Positions 50,201 through 62,215 of a stretch of DNA of 64,000 bases are shown piece by piece. The DNA comes from Macrostomum hystrix (taxonomy: Eukaryota > Animalia > Platyhelminthes). A program made the position numbers and the translations under genes. Positions within the stretch are counted from its first letter, which is position 1, and each line of letters starts with the position of its first letter. The stretch covers positions 1,178,001 through 1,242,000 of the forward strand of contig CATNEN010000024.1 of NCBI GenBank assembly GCA_950097015.1, given 5' to 3'. The notes beneath the pieces were generated by a model, which saw only the letters and a list, made by a program, of their open reading frames with translations, was not told the origin of the DNA and made no database searches.

Positions 50201-53200
50201 TGCGGCTCGGCGGGGGCGGCGGCAGTCAAAGGTGCTCCCACTGTAGCGGTGACAGGCGCTATCGCTGGTGTCATTATTGTTGACGCCACTGCAGGCGCTG
50301 ATTTTAAAGAATTTTTTTGGGTCAGAATTGAGTCCAAGCCTTATAATCTAAACGATTCTGTTTCATTTAAACTAGTGCAACCTACCCGTGTGCTGGCCTG
50401 GCATCGCAGCGGCGGTCGCTACAGCCCCAGGCATTGCCGCAGCTGATGTTAGCATGACTTTCTTGGTCTCGTCGGAGGCGGTCGCATTCAACGCTGACGA
50501 TGTTTCAACAACAGCAGCAGCGGCCTTCTTCTCGGCCGATCGATCGCCTCGACTGGATCGACGCTGACGTTCGCGCGAACGCCGCCGTCGGCTGCGGCTG
50601 CGACTGCGACTACGGCTACGCCGTCGATGCTCGCGATCGCGATGATGCCGACGATGACCCCGACGACTGCGACGATGCCTGTCCGACTGCGGCTCGGCTG
50701 TAGGCGGCGAGGCAGAACGCGATCTGGAGCCGTAGGAGCGAGAGCGGGGCCGCTGATCGCCTAGCCGGTCACGAATTCGCTCGCTAAGGCCACCATTGGA
50801 CCGGTCCGCAATGGCAGGTGCGGCTGCTGCTGCTGTCGCCGGCCCAGTATTGTCAACGGCATCCCGATTAACTTGGTCCAATGTAGGAGCTGTAGCCGCT
50901 GACGTAACTGATTCTAACCTTTCGCGCTCTGGTCGCTTAGTTAATTTAACAGACGACTCGGCCTCCGACATTGCTTTCATCAGCATGTTCTTAGTTCTCA
51001 CCTGCGCAACATATTTAAAAGATAGGAACTATAAATGCCTTACATAACTACTGTTGGCTGATGATACTACTCAAACTATCACAGTAAATAATCATTTATT
51101 GTGAGGACTGAAACATCATTTCATGATCACTAGACCTGCAGCCAGTGAGAGGCGCGCAATCAGAAACTGACATAATGGCGAACTGTGCCATAACAGTAGA
51201 AAAAAGACACGGTGTATTTCAAATACCCACCTTCTTCTTTTGCCAGTATCTCCCAAAACATTCGACCAATCGACACGAAAATCCAGAACAGTTAAAATTT
51301 TCCGCTCTATCCGATGAAAGAACTTCCAGAATTACAAAACATTCAACGATTATCGTCGGTGTGTCGGGTGACAAAAAGCACAAATTTAGGCCAAAATCAG
51401 AATGTTTCTGCTCACATATTTCATCATTTAACAATGTCGGCTATCATTGTTGACTATTTTGGATTGATGAAAAAGTTTTTTAACCAATATGGATTCGCTA
51501 AAGAAATTTATGCAGAGTATGATTAAGAATTGCTGAATATCTAGACGATGCTGACGTACACGGCTTTGAAAGTTTGTTTATCGTAAAGAGCGGTCAATTT
51601 TTGATCCATTAGGTGGACTTTCATGAAAACTGGTCATTCGGTTCGGGAGCTATCCGAAATACCCTCGTGGTCTTTCCCAGGGGGGGGAATAAAAAAGGCA
51701 TTTCTACTGCTAGGGATTGACCTTTAGGGACGTAAATAGCATGACAAGCCACAAAATGTTCTCTACGCGGCTGCGGCACAAATGAATGCGCTGCTCACCG
51801 GATCACCGTTCCGATGTCTTGAAGTCGAAGCCGACCCCGAAGCGGCTTGTCCGGTAGTCCGATTGCGATCGCGTGATCTAGACCTAGATGTGGACCTGGG
51901 CGGAGACTTCGATCTAGAACGCGATCTGGAGCCGCGACGACCGACAGCGGCGCCAACCCGACGTCCACTTCGATGTCTTTCGCGATCGTCCTTCCGGCCG
52001 CCGCCAGACGAAGACTGCCGCCTTAAAGCCGTCGACGATGACGCAGGCGGAGAGCGGCGCCGAGAATTTGAAGCCGAAGAATTGTCTACAATGCGACGCT
52101 CCTGCGAGGTCGGCGGAGTTGGAGATTTCGGCCGGCGTCGCTGCTTGTGATCGTCAGCGGCGACACTCGCAGTGGCAGTGGAAGTCGTGGTGACCGCCTG
52201 ACTGACGCTGGGCCCTGCCGACGGAGCAGTGGTGGAAATGGTCGGTTTAGTTGGAGCCGGGGCTGTCACGATAGGCGCGGAGGACGCCGCAGCAGGAGCC
52301 GGCGCCGTAGGCAGCTGCTGCTGCTGTGTAGAAACGCTGACAGCAGACGAGGCGTTTGTTGTCGCCGTCACTGCGGCAGTCGGAGCGGCTTTATCCTTAG
52401 CCTCAGTCTGAGCGCTAGTGCTGGAAGCCCGGATGGGAGACTCGGCCTCCCCGCCAGCGTCTAGCCGGGCTAGGGCTCGGTGCAGCCAGTCGATAAACTG
52501 AGTAGTGTTCTGGCCTAGAAACAGTGTCAGATCCTTGGCCATATGATCTTTGCCCTTCCGATTAGCCACCATCACCATAATATAGTCGGGCAATTCGTCG
52601 TCCACATAGGCTCCTAGTTCAGTTAGCTTAGTCTTGATGGCAGCCTGTTAATGAATGATTTATGTAAGACACATCGTTTGGTGAAACTAGACCTGCTGTC
52701 AGCGAGGAGGCAATTCTGCCCATTTTCTGAGCACACATGCACTGAGGTGTGTACATCTGACCTTGACTTTCTCATTGTCAGGCAGTGTACACCTTCACAG
52801 TAACTTGGAGGTTGGCCCTCCAGGGTGTAAATTGCACGACAAGCCCCTAAGCCTTCTCTTTGCAGCCCCTAAGCCCAAATAAATGTGGTCCTGCCACAGA
52901 ATCGAGCTCAGAGAACTTGGTGCCAGAGGCAAAAGCATTAACCACTCTGCCACCAACCCCTAACCATATAACATTTTTTATATAAAACAAAAATGAACTT
53001 ATTATTGAATTAATAAATAAACTTAATTAAGCTAATCTAAATTGGTCAAAAATCTTCAGATAATTATATAAATTCTTTAAAATGTTCTTGATACAACTAG
53101 TGCAAATTTAATGTCTTTTGAGGAAGCCCTAGAAGCTAAATAAAACTTTGTAACAACCGCAATTAAAACAGTAGTATTCAGTAGCTAATTGAATTTGAAT

Positions 53201-54606
53201 AAATACATGTTTATTACAATGTTAACATATATCACTCTTAGTTAATAAGTTACTTTGTTGGTGTCTCTGCCTGGCTTACTCCTTCTAGGCAATGTGAGCA
53301 CTCAATGGGTCAGAGCCAATCACAGCACAAGGTGGGGTCTATAATGGCAATATATATGTAACACACAAGAGCCCAAAAACCAGTGTGAGCTAGTCAACCA
53401 GAGTATCAAATTGGAGTTCAATAAGCTCAAAAAGCAACATTTGTCCACAGACAATTGTCTCTAAGTCTTATTACTTTTCAGATAATAGGTCTAAGGCTAG
53501 AGAAGTCTTAGAAGACAATTGACCCCTTTGACCAAAGTGCAGCAACCCTACCATTTTCAGGTGATATTTTAGGAGCTTGTCTTCAGGTCAGAGTTGTATT
53601 TCCCTCTAGCTCAAAATTGAAATCTTACACTTACCATCTACCTTATAATTTGGTCTCTTGACCTTTTGTTTAAAAAATTAAGGGAAGACACCACAAAGGC
53701 TTATCAAAGTCATTAAATGTAGAGTTCAAAAGTGCTTTCAATTATGTAGTTAGTTATTGAAATAAAATTTACATGGAAGCTAGCCAGTAGCTTTTGTAGC
53801 TAAATATTTTTAGAGCAAACTAAAAAAATATATACATAATATAGAGCAAGCCATGAAAAAACTATAAAATATAGATTTTACAAAGCTATAAGAAAAAAAT
53901 TGGATATGCTTCTTTTTTTAATTGTAATACCCTTTTACTATATCTGTAATTACAGAGGGATATTAGTAACAGTATAGACTTAATTGCCAAAGGGAAGGTT
54001 GGCTGAATTTAATTTATTTAGCCAACATGCAACCTCTAACTAGCAGAGAGAGGAATATGCTTACTAATAAGACTGGCTAAGGGAATTGCTGTCCCCAATT
54101 GAAATGTGTTGAGCTCATCTGAATTAAAGTGTTTCTATTAGCCTTGATTGAATTTCACTGATATAACTTTGATAATTAAGTTCTATACCCTCAATTCTTC
54201 AAAACAGAACTTTATATCTTCTTAAACTTCTAATCATGTAAAGTCAAATAGCTAATGTCATTTATAAGAACTATAGAATTTACAATAGTTGAATACAATA
54301 ATAAAGAAATTTCTCTATAATAAATTCAACAAAAAAATATGAGAAGATAGAATAAAATATATAAAGTGCCTAAATAAAAATATTATTAACAAACTTCATT
54401 GGGTATAATAGTTAATCTATTATCATATTCTATAGAAATCAAAATAACAGACTCAATAGCTAGACTTATATTAAGCTTTTTGTTTATTTTCAGGCTCTAG
54501 GCCCTAATGTTATATGTTATAAATTAGAAAAAAACAATGTACATGATTGATTTTTGCATAGTATACTTACACGAATTTTAGTCTGAAGTTTGCCACTTAT
54601 CTCCAT
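47211..54606 (-). CDS. ZC3H14: Polyadenosine-binding CCCH zinc finger protein ZC3H14/Nab2, 6 exons: 54606-54571, 52644-51799, 51001-50386, 50297-49974, 48520-47971, 47337-47211
   Basis: MEISGKLQTKIR|AAIKTKLTELGAYVDDELPDYIMVMVAN...DLTLFLG.NT..F..WL matches the ZC3H14 PWI-like N-domain; KNMLMKAMSEA motif; five tandem CCCH fingers; all junctions phase compatible (0,0,1,1,2). Confidence 0.93.
47405..47925. repeat. 38-bp minisatellite, ZC3H14 last intron
   Basis: gtgaaacagccgctatcctacaatcccctgacactt(g/a)a, ~14 copies. Confidence 0.97.
49437..49862. repeat. 37-bp minisatellite, ZC3H14 intron 4
   Basis: ggaaatacagatcctccagaagggattattaagaacc, ~11 copies. Confidence 0.97.
51192..51709. mobile_element. 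MITE-like element (same family as 4237-4599), ZC3H14 intron 2
   Basis: cagtagaa/ttctactg ends; ccgctctatccgatgaaagaact vs agtttgtttatcgtaaagagcgg imperfect inverted repeat; colinear with the 4.2-4.6 kb copy. Confidence 0.7.
52680..52955 (-). mobile_element. SINE family B, near full-length, ZC3H14 intron 1
   Basis: The reverse strand begins ggtggcagagtggttaatgc (A-box) ... gagctcgattc (B-box), followed by the family B body. Confidence 0.8.
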
Positions 54607-55271
54607 TTTCAAACAAATTGAGTTAGGTCTTGCTAGATGCTTAGTTAGGTGTACACTAGTGTTGAAGTCAAATGTCAAAATGATTTAGATGTTCTTTGTA
54701 ATGACAGCAGCAATTAAAATAGCTAGATATCGGTGATTTAGCTACTGACAACAAGCTAATGCCTAATGGCAATGTAGAATTACAAGTTGCAAAGATAAAT
54801 GTAGTTATGACTACAAATATAATGCTTTTTGTATACCAAAGTTACTAGCAGAAGTTTTGCTGAAAACAGGCCGAGCAAGTAGGCCTATATTATGTAACTT
54901 GTGATTAGGCTTAAACTAGATGAAGCCTGCAGAAGGCCTAGGCAGATAATTATATTAGTGACGGGGTCTAGATTTTTTTATGATAATAAATCATGTCAGA
55001 AATAAACAATTATGAATCTGGAACAATCGAAATCAACATATGTTTTCGAGGTAAGGCTTATTTATTGTTATAAGACTAAGACTAGCTGCAACCAAGAGAG
55101 GAAAACTAAAGCCTAAGGTAGAGCGGCAGAAGCGTAAAGATGAAAACACGCAATATTGACCGCTTTCGTCAGAGGAATAAAATCGTAACCTGAATGCTGA
55201 ATGATAACCCTCAGGTTCAATTACAGAATTGGTTACTTCAGATGAAGTTATTTTCTAGCAAGACTCAGACG

Positions 55272-57382
55272 GGGTGTGTATAAAGCCAGGGCTCGGCTGG
55301 AGGTCAGTGGCATTAAAACAAAGTTTAAAGAATAGTCGGGCAGATAAGACGAAACATGAAGAATAAAAGAAATTCATATGCGTGTATTAATTATGATTGT
55401 TTTTATAAATTTTTAATTTTTCTTTACATCACGAAGTTAGTTACATAGAATTTTTTAATTTCCTTTTTTCCGGCCGTAATTACGTCAAATATTAAGTCAT
55501 ATTATTCAAGGTATATAAAGGTATATAATAGGTATCAAGGTATCAAGATATAATATAGGTATCAAGATATAATAGGTATAATAGGTATCAATCAAGGTAT
55601 ATAATAATATAATATACCGTTAATATTATTAATATTAATAATATATTTATATTAATATTAAGTCCAATAGAGGCTATATTCGAATTTTAAAACGGCGAAA
55701 GCTTTCGTATAAATATATTATCGTAGGGGCTTATAAACCGCTCATAAACCCGTTATAAGCCGAAGTTTATTTTGAACGACCAGACCAAGTTATAAGTAAC
55801 ATCGCTGCTTGAAGCAATTAGTGGCGAATAAGAGTTACATCAAGATCTAGTTGAAAAGTTGCAAACTTGCAAAGTTGCAAAAGGATATTCTCAAAATTAC
55901 ATATTATAAAATACAAAATAAAAAGAATTAAAAAATAAATGCCTTGATCAAGCCTTGTTTTGCAATAACATGGTGTTAAATTCTAGCAATTTTCACAGTC
56001 TATAACTTCAACTGTATATCTTAAAGATTTAAACCTAAAATGCAGCTGAAAGTAAAGTGTTAAAGCAGTTATAGTGACGTCCAGCTCGTTAATTTCCGAG
56101 CCATATTAACATATTGAGGTTTGCAAATAATAATTTATTACCAAAGCAAATGCTTTTTTTGTTATAACTTTGCTGACCTATCCAATCAGAATAAATTCCA
56201 TCGACGCATATGTCAAAGATCCTAAAATTTTATTTTCAGTTTTTCTAAACATATCGGATACCTTTTCCGTGATAAATTCAGACAGCATACGCTAATAAGT
56301 ACGAGTATAAAAAGTTCAATTATTTAGAGAAATGGTTAGAAGTTATATAAAAAACATCTATTGGTGTTGTTAGACCATTGCAGTTGGTCAGTGTAAAACT
56401 TTGATCGAAAACACTCTCGGACAAAAATGTATTGCCGACAGATTCGAACCAAAATGTCGTGTTCGCGTCCTAGACGATCAAGCGTCTTAGACAAAAGGCC
56501 ATCGGAAATTAACGAGCTGGACGTCACTATAACTACTTTAACACTTTACTTTCAGCTGCATTTTAAGTTTAAATCTTTAAGATACACAGTTGAAGTTATA
56601 GACTGCGAAAATTGCTAGAATTTAACACCATGTTATTGCAAAACAAGGCTTGATCAAGGCATTTATTTTTTAATTCTTTTCATTTTGTATTTTATAATAT
56701 GTAATTTTGAGAATATCGTTTTGCAATGAGATTCTCGATATTGAATTACGAAAAGGCATATTGAGAAAATATTGCGTGTACAATCGAGCATTGGTATTGC
56801 TAAGGCTCTTTCGTATTATTTCAAGCGGAAGCGAAAGATTAGATAAGATTACACTCCCGTTTCACTAGCGACTCGCTATAAACCCACTTTTTTTAAACTC
56901 GTTCGCCACAAATGAAAAACTACTTTTCAACTAGATCTTGATGTAACTCTTATTCGCCACTAACTGCTTCAAGCAGCGATGTTACTTATAACTTGGTCTG
57001 GTCGTTCAAAATAAACTTCGGCTTATAACGGGCTTATGAGCGGTTTATAAGCCCCTACGATAATATATTTATACGAAAGCTTTCGCCGTTTTAAAATTCG
57101 AATAGCCTCTATTTGACTTAAATTTATTATATTATTTAGTCATTTATTAATATATGACTTAATATTTGACGTAATTACCGCCGGTAAAAAAGAAATTAAA
57201 AAATTCTACGTAACTAACTATGTGATGTAAAGATAAATAAAAAATTTATAGAAACAATCATAATTTATACACGCATATGAATTTCTTTTATTCTTCATGT
57301 TTCGACTTATCTGCCCGACTATTCTTTAAACTTTGTTTTAATGCCACTGACCTCCAGCCGAGCCCTGGCTTTATACACACCC
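55272..57382. mobile_element. Non-autonomous foldback / Mutator-like (MULE) element, 2111 bp, 9-bp TSD
   Basis: Begins gggtgtgtataaagccagggctcgg and ends ccgagccctggctttatacacaccc; flanked by direct repeat actcagacg (55263-55271 and 57383-57391); arms 55272-56095 pair with 56505-56722 plus ~56925-57382; no transposase ORF. Confidence 0.88.
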
Positions 57383-59249
57383 ACTCAGACGTTTAACTCT
57401 CCGTGACGCAAATTAGTTTTTCATAACCTCGTGAATTATCCGGCTTTTGTCACTTAGAAGTAAACGAGGGAGCCGGCGGACTCCAACTCCGCCGACGTCG
57501 CATATTTATTGTGCAAAACACGCCATCAAAAAAGTGCCTTCCAATTATTTAGAAATATTTCACTCTGAAATTCACATTAAAGAGGCACTGTCTCGTCTAA
57601 ACTATTTGAACTTTGTAACTATATTAGAAGCTAACAAATGCCCTCCGAGCTCACAAGTAACGCTGTTTCGTTAGTATAACAACATTGAGTGATAGGCAAC
57701 AAATTCACTCATAAGAACAACTATGACAGCAGTCACTTTGCTTAAAAAAACTTCTTGATTGGCTCATCGGATCTTTTTTTATGACTTTTAGAATTACTTG
57801 TACGAAAACTCAAAATAGGAACTGTATGCTTTTCGTGCCTTTCGTACCTTGATTATATTAACTGACTTATAGCTGCTGTTACAATCGCAGCTCGATATTG
57901 TACAATGTATTTATCGAAAATGAGCAATCCATATTATAGTTTATTGGCATCTTTTTGTCTGTGTATTGTTGACTAGAATTGGAATTTTCAGAAAATTGTG
58001 GTACTGTTTCTAAATATGAGTCAAGTGCAAGTTGAGTTATAGTAGGTTGTGTTATATTACTATATTGTATTATATTGTAGTATCCTAATATGCTAGGACC
58101 TTAATTTTTTATCTGGTGGCTCTGTTTTGCTATTTTTTCCATCTTCGATTTTTTGTCTTGATTTTTACACGACCTGAGTTTTACAAGTGTATATTGAATG
58201 ATTAGCTATTGACAAAATATAAACTAGAAATGTAACCTTTTTGTTATTTGTTACAATCAGAACAATTGACTGAGGTATAAACATAGTGTACACATTTTTA
58301 CTGTCAGATGGCTTCAAAGTGAAATTTCAACTAATTCTCTTCATTCTAAATAATATCGCTAAACAATGTGTTTTTGTTAACATTCGACACCCACTTGCAC
58401 CTTCACTTGCAAAATGTGTACTTGCAGTGAAATAATAATAATCTAGAAAAATTAAATGAACATGGAACTGTCCTAGGACGAGCAGTTAGCTAATATTAAT
58501 TAAACATTTACACAGCCATATAGAAATAGAAGCACCACAGTGCTCCAAATAAATAGCCGAAACAATTTCAAATAAATAAACAAAACAATTAAATGTTTTC
58601 TGGAGTTTCGTTATAATCGATAAAAATTTTTAGGTTCTACTGTTTTTTATCTGCAACAAATGCTCTCTTTGTATTTTTACTAAAAATCCAATTTTCTTGT
58701 TTAATGTTTAAAGTAAAAATACTGCTGTTGTGATCGGTTTGCAGTGCAGTAAATAATGTACAAACGAGCAATCAGACGCTTGGCCTATCTGATGCTCGGC
58801 GGCGGCGCCTTAGCAGTTGGTACACTGCAGACAGTGCCCTGGGCTTTTGAGACCTATAAATCTAGTCGAGGCTATGAGCCGCCTAGTAAGCACGATAAAG
58901 TACTCCGACAATTGATGGACGAACCGTTGAAAACTCGCCAACAACAGATAGCCAGCCTGTCCGATGAGAGCCAACCAGAGTTTGACATTCTAATTATTGG
59001 CGGCGGCGCCACCGGCTGCGGCTGCGCTTTGGACGCTGTTAGTCGCGGCCTGAAGACGGCCCTAGTTGAAAAGTACAACTTCGCTAGTGGCACTTCGAGT
59101 CGCAGTACTAAACTGATTCACGGCGGTGTGCGCTATCTGCAGAAGGCGATCGTCAATTTGAACTACGAGCAGTACAGAATGGTGCGCAAAACACAAACTA
59201 AAAGCTGCGTACAATTTAGTCTATGGACTGTTGTGCCCGCCACATCTAC

Positions 59250-59500
59250 CCTGGCACATCGTTTGGTGACAGTAGATATAAAAGCTAGCGAGAGGCACTT
59301 CTGCCCATTCCGCTGTCTCCCAAGCACACGTACACAGATGCTGTACACAGGCACATTCAGGTGTGTACATCTGCCCTGACTCTCTCATTAAGACTTCTCT
59401 CCGCGGCTGCGCCCCAAATGAATGCGGCCTCGCTGCGGAAAAGATACCAGGGAGCTTGGTGCGGGAGGCAAACGTGTTAGACTGCTCTGCCACTCACTCC
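59250..59500 (-). mobile_element. SINE family B copy, GPD2 intron 1
   Basis: ttctgcccattccgctg...ggtgtgtacatctgccctgact...ctctccgcggctgcgccccaaatgaatg matches the other family B copies. Confidence 0.75.
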
Positions 59501-59954
59501 CCAAATATTTACCCCTGCTAGCACAAATGCTTGATTAAAGGCTTAAATTATTATGCGATTCGAACTTTAGACCTCTCTGTTTGTGCAGTGTGCAGTACTG
59601 ACGCAAAATTTTGCCCATGTACTTCATCATCAGTGAAATATTTCTCATGTGAAAGAGGCTCTGAGCGAACGGGCTAACTTGCTGCATATTGCGCCTCACC
59701 TCAGCCATGCTCTGCCAATCATGCTGCCAATCTATCACCTGTGGCAGCTGCCGTACTATTGGGCCGGTATCAAAATGTACGACCTGGTATCCGGCACCCA
59801 GATACTAAAACCGTCCTTCTATTTGAGCAAGTCTCGCGCGCTCGAGTATTTTCCAATCCTGAAAAAGGACGCTTTGAAAGGCGCTCTGGTGTACTACGAT
59901 GGTTCGTGTATGCGTCTTTGTATTGACTTTCTGATTGTGCTGCTCCAGCAAACA

Positions 59955-60435
59955 GCTGTCTCATTGTTGGGTGTTGCTTCCAACTGTCTCATTGTTGGGT
60001 GTTGCTTCCAACTGTCTCATTGTTGGGTGTTGCTTCCAACTGTCTCATTGTTGGGTGTTGCTTCCAACTGTCTCATTGTTGGGTGTTGCTTCCAACTGTC
60101 TCATTGTTGGGTGTTGCTTCCAACTGTCTCATTGTTGGGTGTTGCTTCCAACTGTCTCATTGTTGGGTGTTGCTTCCAACTGTCTCATTGTTGGGTGTTG
60201 CTTCCAACTGTCTCATTGTTGGGTGTTGCTTCCAACTGTCTCATTGTTGGGTGTTGCTTCCAACTGTCTCATTGTTGGGTGTTGCTTCCAACTGTCTCAT
60301 TGTTGGGTGTTGCTTCCAACTGTCTCATTGTTGGGTGTTGCTTCCAACTGTCTCATTGTTGGGTGTTGCTTCCAACTGTCTCATTCTTGGGTGTTGCTTC
60401 CAACTGTCTCATTGTTGGGTGTTGCTTCCAACTGC
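59955..60435. repeat. 28-bp minisatellite, GPD2 intron 2
   Basis: ctgtctcattgttgggtgttgcttccaa, ~17 near-perfect copies. Confidence 0.97.
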
Positions 60436-61129
60436 TTCATTGGTGGTGGTTTTTTCTACTGTCCTACCTTAAATTGTTCTCTATCAGTTTTTTTCGATAT
60501 GCTATCGTATTGATATACTGTTGATACTACTAAGTCCAGTAATTGAGTAGTTATTGTCGGGTACGGGTACGGTATTTTGTGAATTAGAATCACGCATTCT
60601 ATCAATTGGTTTGACCGCAGCCAAGCTTGGCGCATCTGTGGCCAACTATTGCGAAGTGATCAGCTTATTGAAATCTAAAGATCCGGTAACTGGTAAAGAG
60701 GTGCTGACGGGCGCCCAGGTGATCGATAAAATGACTGGCCGACAGTTCAAAATTCGCGCTAAATGCATAGTGAACGCTACTGGGCCCTACACTGACTCGG
60801 TTAGAAAAATGGACAGCCCAACTAAGGCTGGCATTGTGGCGCCAAGCGCCGGTGTACACACATCAGCCTGCCAGGTTACTACAGCCCGGAGATTATGGGC
60901 CTACTGGACCCGGCTACAACTGACGGCCGGGTTATATTCTTTCTGCCTTGGCAGAATTGCACCATTGCCGGCACAACTGATACTCCATGCGAGGTATCCG
61001 ACAGTCCTAATCCGACTGAAGAGGATGTGCAGTTTATTCTCAAAGATTAAGCACTATCTATCGCCTGAGATTGTCATTCGGCGAGGCGATGTGCTCAGCG
61101 CCTGGTCTGGTGAGCGACACTAAGCGAAC

Positions 61130-61512
61130 ATAAGGGCAGCAGTCTAATGAACTATGGGAACATGAGGGCAGCAGTCTAATGAACTATGGGAACATAAGGG
61201 CAGCAGTCTAATGAACTATGGGAACATTAGGGCAGCAGTCTAATGAACTATGGGAACATGAGGGCAGCAGTCTAATGAACTATGGGAACATAAGGGCAGC
61301 AGTCTAATGAACTAAGGGAACATAAGGGCAGCAGTCTAATGAACTATGGGAACATGAGGGCAGCAGTCTAATGAACTATGGGAACATAAGGGCAGCAGTC
61401 TAATGAACTAAGGGAACATAAGGGCAGCAGTCTAATGAACTATGGGAACATAAGGGCAGCAGTCTAATGAACTATGGGAACATGAGGGCAGCAGTCTAAT
61501 GAACTATGGGGA
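61130..61512. repeat. 32-bp minisatellite, GPD2 intron 3
   Basis: agggcagcagtctaatgaactatgggaacata, ~12 copies. Confidence 0.97.
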
Positions 61513-62027
61513 TCAAAGGTAGGCGTCTAATCGTGATATCCGAGTCACATTTTCATCCCTATTTCTTGCGTCGCAGGCATCAGGCCCCTGGTGACAGACC
61601 CTAACAAGAGTGACACGCAGAGCATAGCTCGCAATCACATTATTGAGGTGTCGAATAGCCGCCTGGTAACTGTCGCCGGTGGCAAGTGGACCACCTACAG
61701 GCAGATGAGCGAGGAGGGCATCGACAGGGCCATCCAGGTGGCCAAGCTGGAGCCCAAGAGTCCTTGCCTCACCAGGGGTCTTATGCTACTAGGAGCCTAT
61801 AATTGGTCACCAAATTTGTTCATCCGACTTGTGCAAGAGTTTGGCGTCGAGGCGTCCGTTGCTAAGCATCTCTCCTGTCTGTACGGCGATAAATGTCTGG
61901 AGTTGATACGGCTGGAGCCGCTGAGCGGCCACCGCTGGCCTGTTGTGGGCCGCCGACTCCATCCCAATTATCCGTATTTGGAGTCTGAGGTGATTATCAC
62001 GTGCCTGTGATGACACAAAATTCTTAT

Positions 62028-62215
62028 CTGATCTATCCCATGGGTGCAGGAATATAATGTGGATTGCTAATCTATCCCATGGGTGCAGGAATATAATGTG
62101 GATTGCTAATCTATCCCATGGGTGCAGGAATATAATGTGGATTGCTAATCTATCCCATGGGTGCAGGAATATAATGTGGATTGCTAATCTATCCCATGGG
62201 TGGAATGCTAATCTA
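62028..62215. repeat. 39-bp minisatellite, GPD2 intron 4
   Basis: atctatcccatgggtgcaggaatataatgtggattgcta, ~4.5 copies, followed by aatag microsatellite. Confidence 0.95.

Noticed and set aside
23454-52464. Antisense and alternate-frame ORFs over GC-rich exons (e.g. 24263-24914, 25629-26447, 38584-39972, 48045-48524, 51782-52464)
   Set aside because: Expected shadow ORFs of GC-rich coding sequence; no independent splice signals or recognisable domains.
3710-52955. tRNA genes at A/B-box-like motifs (3715, 6070, 21690, 25070, 40640, 52930)
   Set aside because: No complete cloverleaf; each continues into a shared SINE body.
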